From: Candidatus Aenigmatarchaeota archaeon
Lineage (GTDB): Archaea > Aenigmatarchaeota > Aenigmatarchaeia > CG10238-14
NCBI GenBank assembly: GCA_044343545.1
Contig: JAWBZR010000006.1
Coordinates: forward strand, 1 to 29,875
Length of the DNA: 29,875 nucleotides
Reading direction: 5' to 3'
A program made the translations under genes and the position numbers. Position 1 is the first letter of the stretch. The number at the start of each line of letters is the position of its first letter. This document shows, in pieces, positions 16,710 to 25,275 of the stretch. The notes beneath the pieces are model-generated. The model was not told where the DNA came from, searched no databases, and saw only the letters and a program-made list of their open reading frames with translations.

Positions 16710-17258
16710 TTAATCTTCCCTGCAATCTTCGCACATCCATTGGTCATCTTTAAAAACAAGATTGTCTGAATAGTTGCCGCAAACTTCACATATACCAGAC
16801 GTTATAGCATCTTCTATCGCTGGAAACGTGGTTCTCATCCTCATTCTCTCTTTTAGTATTTCTACATATTCTGGAATTGTCGTCGCTATGTCAGTTGTAG
16901 TTAAAATGCCCACAACTTTTCCGTTTTCGATAACTGGCAGTCTTTTTATTTTGTGTTTTCTCATCTTTTCAACGGCAACAGAAGCGTCAACATTGGAGTT
17001 AACAAATACCAAAGGAGTGCTCATAATTTCTTTTGCCTCTGTTTTTGCAGGATCTTTACCTTTTGCCACAATTTTTTTAGTCAAATCTGTTTCTGTTATT
17101 ATACCTACAGGATTGCCATTTTCTTCCACAATAATCGAACCTACTCTGTTTTCTGCCATTTTTTTGGCAACCTCCATCACACTATCCGTGGTCTTTGCTG
17201 TTAGAACTTTTTTTATCATGATTTTTTTTACTGGTATCTTCAAGTCCATTTTTGCCAC
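16710..17258 (-). CDS. CBS-pair protein with C-terminal zinc ribbon
   Basis: Two CBS domains (VGSIIV..PVGIITETD; IKRLPV..VVGILTTTD) plus CEVC...CEDC. Confidence 0.9.
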   Translation of the reverse strand: MAKMDLKIPVKKIMIKKVLTAKTTDSVMEVAKKMAENRVGSIIVEENGNPVGIITETDLTKKIVAKGKDPAKTEAKEIMSTPLVFVNSNVDASVAVEKMRKHKIKRLPVIENGKVVGILTTTDIATTIPEYVEILKERMRMRTTFPAIEDAITSGICEVCGNYSDNLVFKDDQWMCEDCRED

Positions 17259-17301
17259 TAATTTTATATTGCTGTTTTAATAATTTAAAGATTAGATTTT
17301 G

Positions 17302-17604
17302 ATGAGAAAAGGATATAGGTATGAGTATTTAGCAAAAAGAAAATTGATAGAAAAATATGGAAAACAAAACGTGATAAAATTAGCTATAGGTCAATCTGCC
17401 GACTTTATTATTTTAGCACCAAAACAAAATAAAATAGAAAAAATAGTTGAAGTTAAGGGGACTTGCAAAGAAAAGTTTTACTTGAAACCAAGAGAAAAAA
17501 CTCAATTTCGAAATATACATGAGCTTGCGAGGGAGCATGATATACCGGTTGAGGTTTGGATAAAAACGCGTGGCAAGGAGTTTGATGTAAGGGTGATGGA
17601 ATGA
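17302..17604 (+). CDS. Hjc-like PD-(D/E)XK nuclease (Holliday junction resolvase-like)
   Basis: RKGYRYE, ADFIIL, IVEVK; about 100 aa. Confidence 0.65.
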   Translation: MRKGYRYEYLAKRKLIEKYGKQNVIKLAIGQSADFIILAPKQNKIEKIVEVKGTCKEKFYLKPREKTQFRNIHELAREHDIPVEVWIKTRGKEFDVRVME

Positions 17605-18281
17605 AAATTTTAGTTGTTGGTGATAATCATAATGATTTGGAAAACATGATTAGTTTCTTAGAAAAATTGAAAGAATTTGATTTCGATGTGATAGCATACG
17701 TTGGTGATTTTAGCGATGTTGGGGTTACGAAAGGTTTTCAGCAGGAGGATGTTGCAAAAATTTTGATAGAAGAGTTGAAAATGCTTAAAAAACCGATTGT
17801 TGCCGTGCCGGGAAATAATGACAATAAAAATGTTATCGAGTTGCTGGAAAAGGAAGGTATAAGTGTGCATGGCAAAGGAAAAATTATTAATGGTGTTGGT
17901 TTTTACGGTTTTGGTGGGGCGAAAACACCTTTCAACACTTTTTATGAGCCTTCTGAAGAAGAAATAAAAAAGGGTTTGGAAAAAAGTTATGTTCAAGTAA
18001 TGAATGTTGAAAAGAAAGTTCAAATAACACACGTACCGCCTATAAATACAAAATTAGATCTAACTCTTACGGGACTTCATGTTGGTTCTGTTGTTGTAAG
18101 AAACTTTATAGAAAAATATTCTCCTACTGTTGCTCTTTGTGGTCACATACATGAAAGTAGGGGTGTTGATTATATAAACAAAACACTATTGTTAAATCCT
18201 GGTAGGTTTGCTGAGGGATATTATGGTATAGTCACTATTAATGAAAAGACAGATGGTTTTGTTTTTAACGTTATAGAATAA
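17601..18281 (+). CDS. Calcineurin-like metallophosphoesterase
   Basis: GDNH, VGD, PGNND, THVPP, GHIHE, NPG. Confidence 0.9.
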   Translation: MKILVVGDNHNDLENMISFLEKLKEFDFDVIAYVGDFSDVGVTKGFQQEDVAKILIEELKMLKKPIVAVPGNNDNKNVIELLEKEGISVHGKGKIINGVGFYGFGGAKTPFNTFYEPSEEEIKKGLEKSYVQVMNVEKKVQITHVPPINTKLDLTLTGLHVGSVVVRNFIEKYSPTVALCGHIHESRGVDYINKTLLLNPGRFAEGYYGIVTINEKTDGFVFNVIE

Positions 18282-18470
18282 CACACCCCTTTGTTGCAAG
18301 TGGAAATATTGAGTTTTATTATAAAAATTAATTCAGATGCAATATATTTATACATATAAATATAACACTGTTATATTTTATATTGTGACATTATGATATT
18401 TTCCACAAGAAACAATGGGGTGGGTTATATATACGTTCCAATAGAAAAAGGTTTATTTCTCAAGGAAACA
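18282..18470. other. Replication origin oriC: inverted ORBs flanking an AT-rich unwinding element
   Basis: Minus-strand ORB TTTCCACTTGCAACAAAGGGGTG (about 18284-18306), plus-strand ORB TTCCACAAGAAACAATGGGGTGGG (18401-18424), mini-ORB-like GTTCCAATAGAAA (18435) and TTTCTCAAGGAAAC (18456); directly upstream of cdc6. Confidence 0.88.
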
Positions 18471-18486
18471 TTTAATATAGATTGTT

Positions 18487-19701
18487 ATGGATACCCAAAA
18501 GACTATAAGAAACATATTCCAGGAATTTATATCAAAACCACCCCAGATTTTTAAGAACAGAGATGCCCTCTCATCAGAGTTTATACCAGAAACGATATTT
18601 CATAGAAACAAGGAAATTAACACGATAGCATCGATTTTAGCGCCTTCTTTGAAAGGAGCCAGGCCTTCAAACATTTTTATTTACGGTTTGACAGGTACGG
18701 GAAAAACTTTAGTGTCTAAGTATATCACCGAAGAATTGGAAAAAATATCCTCTCAAGGAAACTATCCGGTTAAAACATTATACATTAATTGCAAGATGAA
18801 AAAAATTTCTGACACGGAGTACAGGCTTGTAACAGAGCTTACTAGAATGTTGGGCTACAATCTTCCGACAACGGGCATGCCAACGGATTACATTTATCAA
18901 ACTTTTTTCAATGCGTTGGATTCGGAAAGAAGAATTATAATTTTGGTTTTAGACGAAATAGACGCGTTAGTTGAAAAAGTGGGAGACGAATTTCTTTATA
19001 ACTTGACGAGAATAAATCAAGAATTGAAACAAGCAAAGGTTTCTATAATAGGCATAACCAACGATCTTCATTTTATTGAAATTTTAGATCCGAGAGTAAA
19101 AAGCTCTTTGAGAGAAGAAGAAGTTTTATTCATTCCTTATAACGCAACACAATTGTATGACATATTGAAGCAAAGAGCGGACATAGCCTTTTCAGAAGGC
19201 GTTTTGTCAGAGGAAGTTATACCAAAGTGTGCTGCCTTGGCAGCGCAAGAGCATGGAGACGCAAGAAGAGCGTTAGAATTGTTAAGGGTTGCAGGCGAAA
19301 TAGCGGAAAGGTTGGGTGACAGCAAGGTTACGGAAAAACACGTGGATATGGCGCAAGAAAAAATAGATTATGACAGAATAGTAGAATCAACGAAAGTTTT
19401 GCCAAAACAAACTAAAGTCGTCCTTTGGGCGATATTGGAGTTGGCCGAAAAGAAAAGAGATGACATACAAACGGGAGATGTTTACGACATTTATCAGAAA
19501 AAATGCAAGGAAATCGGCTTGTATCCTTTGACTCAAAGAAGAATTTCCGATCTCATTTCAGAGCTTGATATGGCCGGAATAATAAACGCAAAAGTCACTT
19601 CCCTTGGTAGATATGGTAGAACAAGAGTAATATCTTTCAATCTTTCAGAGCCAATAAAACAAAAAATTAAATCCATATTGACTGAAAGCCTAGTGGTTTG
19701 A
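18487..19701 (+). CDS. cdc6: Orc1/Cdc6 replication initiator
   Basis: YGLTGTGKT, LVLDEID, LDPRVKSSL, HGDARRALELLRVAGE, C-terminal wHTH with GRYGRTR. Confidence 0.97.
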   Translation: MDTQKTIRNIFQEFISKPPQIFKNRDALSSEFIPETIFHRNKEINTIASILAPSLKGARPSNIFIYGLTGTGKTLVSKYITEELEKISSQGNYPVKTLYINCKMKKISDTEYRLVTELTRMLGYNLPTTGMPTDYIYQTFFNALDSERRIIILVLDEIDALVEKVGDEFLYNLTRINQELKQAKVSIIGITNDLHFIEILDPRVKSSLREEEVLFIPYNATQLYDILKQRADIAFSEGVLSEEVIPKCAALAAQEHGDARRALELLRVAGEIAERLGDSKVTEKHVDMAQEKIDYDRIVESTKVLPKQTKVVLWAILELAEKKRDDIQTGDVYDIYQKKCKEIGLYPLTQRRISDLISELDMAGIINAKVTSLGRYGRTRVISFNLSEPIKQKIKSILTESLVV

Positions 19702-20645
19702 TGGAAGAGCAAGAAATAATTAAAAAATTCTTGGATTTAGGCGTGCAACTCACGAACGAAGCATTTAGTATGGTAAAAAAAGATCCGGATTTTTTTCTCG
19801 CAGAAATCAAGAAACTCAAACCACGGCCTTTTTTTATAACAAAAGACATTTTGAATAAAATAATAGAAAAAAAAGAAAGGACGGATTTTAGAATTATAAA
19901 AACTATTCAGCTAGGAAAGAAAGCGTTAAGAGTGGAAGATTACGCAAACTTTTATTTGAAAAAATATGAGAAGATAAAGGAAATTTTTGTGCAAGCAGGA
20001 TATAGCGGAATGTCTATCAATAAAATCGGGGAAACCACGAAGGAATTTTGGACCATAGGTGTTGTAAAGGAGAAAAAGAAATCTTCTTTGGTTCTCGAAG
20101 ATCCTACGGGGGAAATAGACATATTTTTCGATGGTATAATGAGACAAAAAATTGATGAATTTTGTAGGGACGATGTTGTTGCGGTGTTTTGCGAAAAAAT
20201 TAAAGACAGGTTTGTTGTCAAAAAGATATCACATCCAGACATACCGTTGAGCAGAGAAGTGAAAAAGACAAAAGACGAGTTGTTCGTAAAGATTGAGCAA
20301 GGCGATGAATGTGTTTTATCACCGAATAAATATATCAGCCCAGCTTTTTTACAACTCGACGACATCGTTTTTTTGTTACTTCCGAGAAAATTCTTCGAAG
20401 CGTTAAAATTTAATATAACCTCTGAGGATATTGCAGGTTTGTTGAAGAAAAGATTTTTGCTACCATCAACTATTGACATCGCAATTGGCGAGATTGAAAG
20501 TTTGGTTTTGACGGAATTGCCCGACATAATAGTGACGGACTTGGAACCATCCCTTTGCAAAAACTATAAAGGGACTACAATTATTTCTGTTTTCGACAAG
20601 AGCTATGAAGTAAATCTTCACACGAGAGAGGTAAAAGAATTATAG
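19701..20645 (+). CDS. Inactivated, internally deleted DNA polymerase D small subunit (DP1) / B-subunit-like protein
   Basis: VEDYANFYLKKYEKI, OB fold LEDPTG...DDVVAV, HPDIP, LLKKRFLLP, LVLTELPDII, NYKG; no SDxH, GNHD or GHxH catalytic motifs. Confidence 0.78.
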   Translation: MEEQEIIKKFLDLGVQLTNEAFSMVKKDPDFFLAEIKKLKPRPFFITKDILNKIIEKKERTDFRIIKTIQLGKKALRVEDYANFYLKKYEKIKEIFVQAGYSGMSINKIGETTKEFWTIGVVKEKKKSSLVLEDPTGEIDIFFDGIMRQKIDEFCRDDVVAVFCEKIKDRFVVKKISHPDIPLSREVKKTKDELFVKIEQGDECVLSPNKYISPAFLQLDDIVFLLLPRKFFEALKFNITSEDIAGLLKKRFLLPSTIDIAIGEIESLVLTELPDIIVTDLEPSLCKNYKGTTIISVFDKSYEVNLHTREVKEL

Positions 20646-20697
20646 GATAAAGTATGAAGTAACTTTAAAATTCGGTTAAATTATTAAAAATAAACAT

Positions 20698-23409
20698 ATG
20701 CCCATAGAAATGCAAGTGCTGGATGTTGATTATGTAATGTTGAATGATCACCCGACGATAAGAATTTTCGGAAAAACAAGTGATAAAAAATCGATAACGG
20801 CTTTCGTCGAAGATTTTTATCCCTACTTTTATGTGCACGTTGAAGATGGAAAAGACGAGCAATTAATAAAGTATCTCGAGGAAAAACACAAGCAAATGCT
20901 AGTAAAGTTGGAAAAAGTTGAAAAGTTTTTACCGATAGGATATTCTAAGGAGCCAACGAAGCTTTGGAAAATAACAATAAAGAATCCTTCCAACGTGCCT
21001 TTGTTGAGGGATGAATTAAAGGCGAAGAATTTTGTTAAAGACGTTTTCGAAGCAGATATACTGTTTAGAAACAGATTCATGGCAGATAAGGATATTGTGG
21101 GTATGGGTTGGTATGAGGTTGACGGTATCGGTGTCAAGACAAGTATTGTGAAGACTGAAAAGGCGTTAACGCTTAAGAAAATAAAACCTATAGAAAAATA
21201 TGAGAATGCGCATTTGAAATATTTGAGCATCGATATAGAAACCTATTCTGAAGAATTCGGAATGCCAGATTCTTCAAAAGATCCTATAATAATAATAAGT
21301 TTGTTTTTTTACCCTTCTTTTAAAGGTAATAATACTTGCGTTTTGGTGGCGAAAAAAACCAAGAACGGTTTTGGAGACGTGAAGATGTTTAGCACTGAAA
21401 AGGACATGTTAGAGGAGTTCTTGAAAATTGTCGAAGATTTCGATCCGGATATAATATTGGGTTATAACAACACAAATTTCGATCTTCCTTACATAGAAGC
21501 TAGATTAGCGGCAAATAAATTACCGAAAACGTTGGGGAGGTGCAATCAAAAAGGAATTAATTGCACAAAATTGTCTTCAGGGTGCAAAATTACCATTCCT
21601 GGAAGAATAGTGGTGGATGTTTATTCCCTGATAAAGGAGGCGGTGACAAAGTTTGGCATGTATAAAGGTTTGAAAAGATTTAGTTTGGGAGATGTTTCAC
21701 AACTCATTTTGGGTGAAGGAAAGGTGGATGTGGCGCATAGCGAGATAAGTAAATTTTGGAATGATGATGGAGAAAATTTCACGAAGCTTATTAATTACAG
21801 CAGAAAAGACGCAGAGTTGCCTTTTAGAATGCTAATGGAAATGAACATGCTTGATAAATTTTTTGAAATAAGCAAAGTGAGCGGTTTAGTTTTGCAAGAT
21901 GTTTTGGATGGTGGCGAGGCCATGAGAATAGAGCAGCTCTTGTTGAGGGAGTTCAACAGGAGAGGTTTTATAGTACCTAACAAACCTGACAATCAAGAGC
22001 TGAATAAAAGAAACGAAGAAAGGATAAGTTCTGGTCTAAAAGGAGGTTTTGTGCTTTCGCCAGAAGTTGGCTTACATGATAAGGCGGTAGTTTATTTAGA
22101 TTTCAAATCGATGTATCCAAGCATAATGATAGCATTCAATATTTGTCCCACAACTCTTTTAAAGGAAGAAAAAGATGTTGAAAAAATCGTTTCGCCTTTT
22201 GGCACAGCTTTTGTGCATCCGAAAATAAGAAAAGGCGTGGTGCCTGAAATAGTTGAATATTTGATAAAAGCAAGAGACAGAGTAAAAAAAGAAATGAAAA
22301 ACGCAAAAACAGAGCAAGAAAAGAAATATCTCTATGCAAAACAGTATGCCTTTAAAACGGTTGCTAATGCTTTTTACGGTTACACTGGTTATTTGAGAGC
22401 AAGATTGTATGTGTTAGAGATAGCAAATACTATAACTGCCACTGGGAGGGAATTAATAAAGAGGGCAAAACACATAGTCGAGACAAATACACCATACAAG
22501 GTTGTTTATGCTGATACAGACTCTGTGATGGTCAAACTTGATACGGATGATGTTTCGGAGGCTTTCAAAATCGGCAATGAAATAGCAAAAATGATAAACG
22601 AAAGTATTGGTTACGGATTGGAAATGAAGGTTGAAAGCGTGTTTAAAACCATGCTCATATTGAGCAAAAAGAGATATGCAGGTTGGAGTTTTGAAGAAAA
22701 CAACGGTGGTTATACCGACAGCATAGTTACTAAAGGCATAGAAACCGTGAGAAGAGATTGGTGCAATCTCGTTTCCGAGACGCTTCAAGAAACGCTTGAA
22801 ATAATTCTAAAGGAGAAGGATGTTAGGAAGGCTTTGAATATAGTAAAGGAAAAAATAAGCGATATAAAGAAAGGTAAAATGGATATAAACAAGCTTGTGA
22901 TAACAAAAAGCATATCAAAGTCTTTGAAGACATATAAAGGCATACAGCCGCACGTAGAGCTTTTGAAAAAAATGAAGAGGAGAGATCCATCTTCAGCTCC
23001 TGGAGTTGGTGATAGAATAGGCTATGTCATAGTTAAAGGTACTGGTCAAGTTTCCAAAAGAGCGGAAGACCCGGATTATGTGATAAAACACAACATACCT
23101 ATAGATTCTGATTACTATATAGAGAATCAACTTTTACCTCCTTTGGAAAGAGTGTTCGAAGCTTTGTCAATAGGCAAGGCAGAAATTCTTGGTGTAGGCA
23201 AGCAATCAGGTTTGGTAGACATACTAGTCAACGGTAAGCCAGAAAGCGAATATCAAGAATATCTTGAAGAGATAGACGGTTTTGTTTGTGTTTCTTGCGG
23301 TAATGTTTTGCAAAGAGTTCCGATGAGTGGAAGGTGCGATGCATGTCGAGGAGAGCTCGTTTTTTACAAGGGAGACAAGAGATCAAGAATATTCATACCA
23401 GCTTCATAA
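20698..23409 (+). CDS. polB: Family B DNA polymerase, Pol-delta-like, with intact 3'-5' exonuclease and C-terminal DP2-type Zn finger
   Basis: ExoI DIE, ExoII YNNTNFD, ExoIII YSRKD; DFKSMYPS, KTVANAFYG, YADTDS, KKRY, GIETVRRDWC; C-terminal CVSC-x12-CDAC. Confidence 0.96.
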   Translation: MPIEMQVLDVDYVMLNDHPTIRIFGKTSDKKSITAFVEDFYPYFYVHVEDGKDEQLIKYLEEKHKQMLVKLEKVEKFLPIGYSKEPTKLWKITIKNPSNVPLLRDELKAKNFVKDVFEADILFRNRFMADKDIVGMGWYEVDGIGVKTSIVKTEKALTLKKIKPIEKYENAHLKYLSIDIETYSEEFGMPDSSKDPIIIISLFFYPSFKGNNTCVLVAKKTKNGFGDVKMFSTEKDMLEEFLKIVEDFDPDIILGYNNTNFDLPYIEARLAANKLPKTLGRCNQKGINCTKLSSGCKITIPGRIVVDVYSLIKEAVTKFGMYKGLKRFSLGDVSQLILGEGKVDVAHSEISKFWNDDGENFTKLINYSRKDAELPFRMLMEMNMLDKFFEISKVSGLVLQDVLDGGEAMRIEQLLLREFNRRGFIVPNKPDNQELNKRNEERISSGLKGGFVLSPEVGLHDKAVVYLDFKSMYPSIMIAFNICPTTLLKEEKDVEKIVSPFGTAFVHPKIRKGVVPEIVEYLIKARDRVKKEMKNAKTEQEKKYLYAKQYAFKTVANAFYGYTGYLRARLYVLEIANTITATGRELIKRAKHIVETNTPYKVVYADTDSVMVKLDTDDVSEAFKIGNEIAKMINESIGYGLEMKVESVFKTMLILSKKRYAGWSFEENNGGYTDSIVTKGIETVRRDWCNLVSETLQETLEIILKEKDVRKALNIVKEKISDIKKGKMDINKLVITKSISKSLKTYKGIQPHVELLKKMKRRDPSSAPGVGDRIGYVIVKGTGQVSKRAEDPDYVIKHNIPIDSDYYIENQLLPPLERVFEALSIGKAEILGVGKQSGLVDILVNGKPESEYQEYLEEIDGFVCVSCGNVLQRVPMSGRCDACRGELVFYKGDKRSRIFIPAS

Positions 23410-23435
23410 AAGCTTCACGAGACATTCACGCGCTC
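23392..23435 (-). repeat. 11-bp phased (G/A)TGAA box array x4
   Basis: TTCA(T/C) at 23392, 23403, 23414 and 23425, across the convergent polB / LAGLIDADG gene ends. Confidence 0.5.
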
Positions 23436-23999
23436 AAATTCAACGGGGTTCAGTATTTTTTTCACCAACGTTCTTTTTTTCTCATTCTCGAATCCTATCT
23501 TTTCTGCATATATTTGCAAGTTATGCTTTCCGTTAATTTCGAGCACATAACCTTTGCCCATCTTGTAGCAAAGTGCTTTTATTCCTTCCATTTCTAATAA
23601 AACTTTCAAAGACATCAATCCTTCCTTATTTATCGAAGAAAGCCTCAAACACCTTTCCTTCCTTCCCTTTCTTTTTCTCGCTCTTATTAAGCCGGAGAAA
23701 TCAAACACAGCTTTCAGGAACTCCCTTCTGAACTCTTCTGATGAAAATGCACGTGAAGGAACTTTCCATTCACGTCTACCCAAGCTTGCTCCCAGATCTT
23801 CTATCTCTAAAATTATTAACAAACTTTCGTAATGTTTTTTGCCACATCTTTTTCGTGTGTAAATTTTTTTGATCAGGGAGCGGAGTTTTTCTTTCGCTAT
23901 CTTTTTCAACTCTTCATCGGAAATTTCCACCCATATCCTTCTCCCACTCTTGACCCCCTTCATGGCAAGAATGCCGTAAACATAGCCATTTATTTCCAT
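23415..23999 (-). CDS. Stand-alone LAGLIDADG-fold protein, probably catalytically inactive
   Basis: YVYGILAMKG and EFLKAVFDFSG resemble the two LAGLIDADG helices; LSSINKEGL..LKVLL..GI and YAEKIGF..EKK are typical of DOD/WhiA-like domains. Confidence 0.7.
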   Translation of the reverse strand: MEINGYVYGILAMKGVKSGRRIWVEISDEELKKIAKEKLRSLIKKIYTRKRCGKKHYESLLIILEIEDLGASLGRREWKVPSRAFSSEEFRREFLKAVFDFSGLIRARKRKGRKERCLRLSSINKEGLMSLKVLLEMEGIKALCYKMGKGYVLEINGKHNLQIYAEKIGFENEKKRTLVKKILNPVEFERVNVS

Positions 24000-24079
24000 G
24001 GATTTGATTATGATACTTTAAATATAAATTTGTTGCATAAAATGGGTAGGGAATCATTTCACGTGCAGCTTTGTGAATT

Positions 24080-25270
24080 TCATATCCATAACACGTCTAA
24101 TTTTGAATAAAAGAGCAAGGTTGGGAGTATAAAAAAACCCATATTATTTGTCCTCTTCACGTGCAGTAATATTGGTAAAACGCCTATGGAAGTTGATGTA
24201 ATTAATAACAATAAACCCCAAGACCCGCAGGATATTAATGCTAAAATAATTAGGGAAGCAATGATGATTTTAGAAAAATTCCCATAGTTTACCTTTTCCA
24301 GAAAATTTAAGAGCTTCTTTCCAAGCAGGAAGCATACCAGTGAAGAGATGCCGGCCGAAAATAAAACAGCACCAAAAAACAGCAACATGAAGTCTTGTAT
24401 GCTTGTTAGCGATAAAGCCTCTGCCAAGCCACTCCTTATCTTACCTGTGGAGGCAAGCATTATTACAGTCAAAAGCATATTGGCAGCATTTAGTGATGAT
24501 AAAACGCTTAAACTTTCTTCTTCGGTTGTTCTTACGAGCAGGGATACCATCAAACCTATTTGGCTTTCTCCTGCTCCAGGTAAAAAGGCAGAAAGCGTGC
24601 CACAAAGCAAGCTTAGCAAGATCAATTTCACGTCAAGCTTCACGTCATCTTCACTCGTATCTTGTTTGGGTATACTTTCTTTTTGGACGAATAAAAGGTT
24701 AGGTATGCCGAAAAGACCCGTTAAGATGCAAAAGATTGCAACGTCTTGCTTCAAGCCCTTCCCGTTTAACGTTACTAAACCCAGAACACCTGAAAGTAGG
24801 AACAAGAGCAGCGCAAAGACTTTTCTCTCACCTTTTTCCACGAGTATTGTGACAATTACCAGTGTGCCGAGGAAGTAGGGAATGAACGGTTTTGCGAATT
24901 TTTGTAATTTTTCTGTAATTAAAAATAGCAGGGGTGACGTGGCGAAAATTAGCAATGCTGCAAGTAAAAACGAAATCAAGTTGATTTTCAAAGCTTTTAA
25001 TCCTTTGCCTTTCAATACGAGTTTATGACCGGGCAACACGTTGAGGACGGTGTTAGTGTCAGGTAGAGATAAAAATAGCGTGGGTATGTAGTTGAATATG
25101 ATGTTTGCAGTGGCAAGAGATGCTAAAAACACTATAAGCGTTTTTGTTTCCACGAACAAGCCAAGAGAAATGATCAAAAAATATATTTGGTTGGGATGCA
25201 CGCCGGGCAATAACCCTGCAAAGAAACCAACGAGAATACCAAAAAAACAAAAAAACAAAAAACCTATCAT
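24080..25270 (-). CDS. TctA-family (tripartite tricarboxylate transporter-like) membrane protein
   Basis: GLLPGVHPN, IPTLFL..P, VLPGH, LPG repeat in the second half; multi-TM. Confidence 0.85.
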   Translation of the reverse strand: MIGFLFFCFFGILVGFFAGLLPGVHPNQIYFLIISLGLFVETKTLIVFLASLATANIIFNYIPTLFLSLPDTNTVLNVLPGHKLVLKGKGLKALKINLISFLLAALLIFATSPLLFLITEKLQKFAKPFIPYFLGTLVIVTILVEKGERKVFALLLFLLSGVLGLVTLNGKGLKQDVAIFCILTGLFGIPNLLFVQKESIPKQDTSEDDVKLDVKLILLSLLCGTLSAFLPGAGESQIGLMVSLLVRTTEEESLSVLSSLNAANMLLTVIMLASTGKIRSGLAEALSLTSIQDFMLLFFGAVLFSAGISSLVCFLLGKKLLNFLEKVNYGNFSKIIIASLIILALISCGSWGLLLLITSTSIGVLPILLHVKRTNNMGFFILPTLLFYSKLDVLWI

Positions 25271-25275
25271 AAAGT

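Noticed and set aside
16774..17280. Long antisense ORFs (also 19952-20560, 24348-24878, 20829-21230 and other shadow ORFs)
   Set aside because: They lie opposite well-supported genes and show no recognisable motifs
17601..18281. Metallophosphoesterase as the missing catalytic half of a split DP1
   Set aside because: It is a complete stand-alone small phosphoesterase with no DP1-specific motifs, and the DP1-like protein keeps its own C-terminal scaffold
20698..23409. Intein in polB related to the neighbouring LAGLIDADG gene
   Set aside because: Polymerase motifs are contiguous at normal spacing with no intein splice motifs
24627..24654. GACGTGAA cluster inside the TctA gene as a definite 11-bp array
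   Set aside because: Spacings are 12 and 11, and a DVKL-DVKL peptide duplication partly explains it; kept only as weak support
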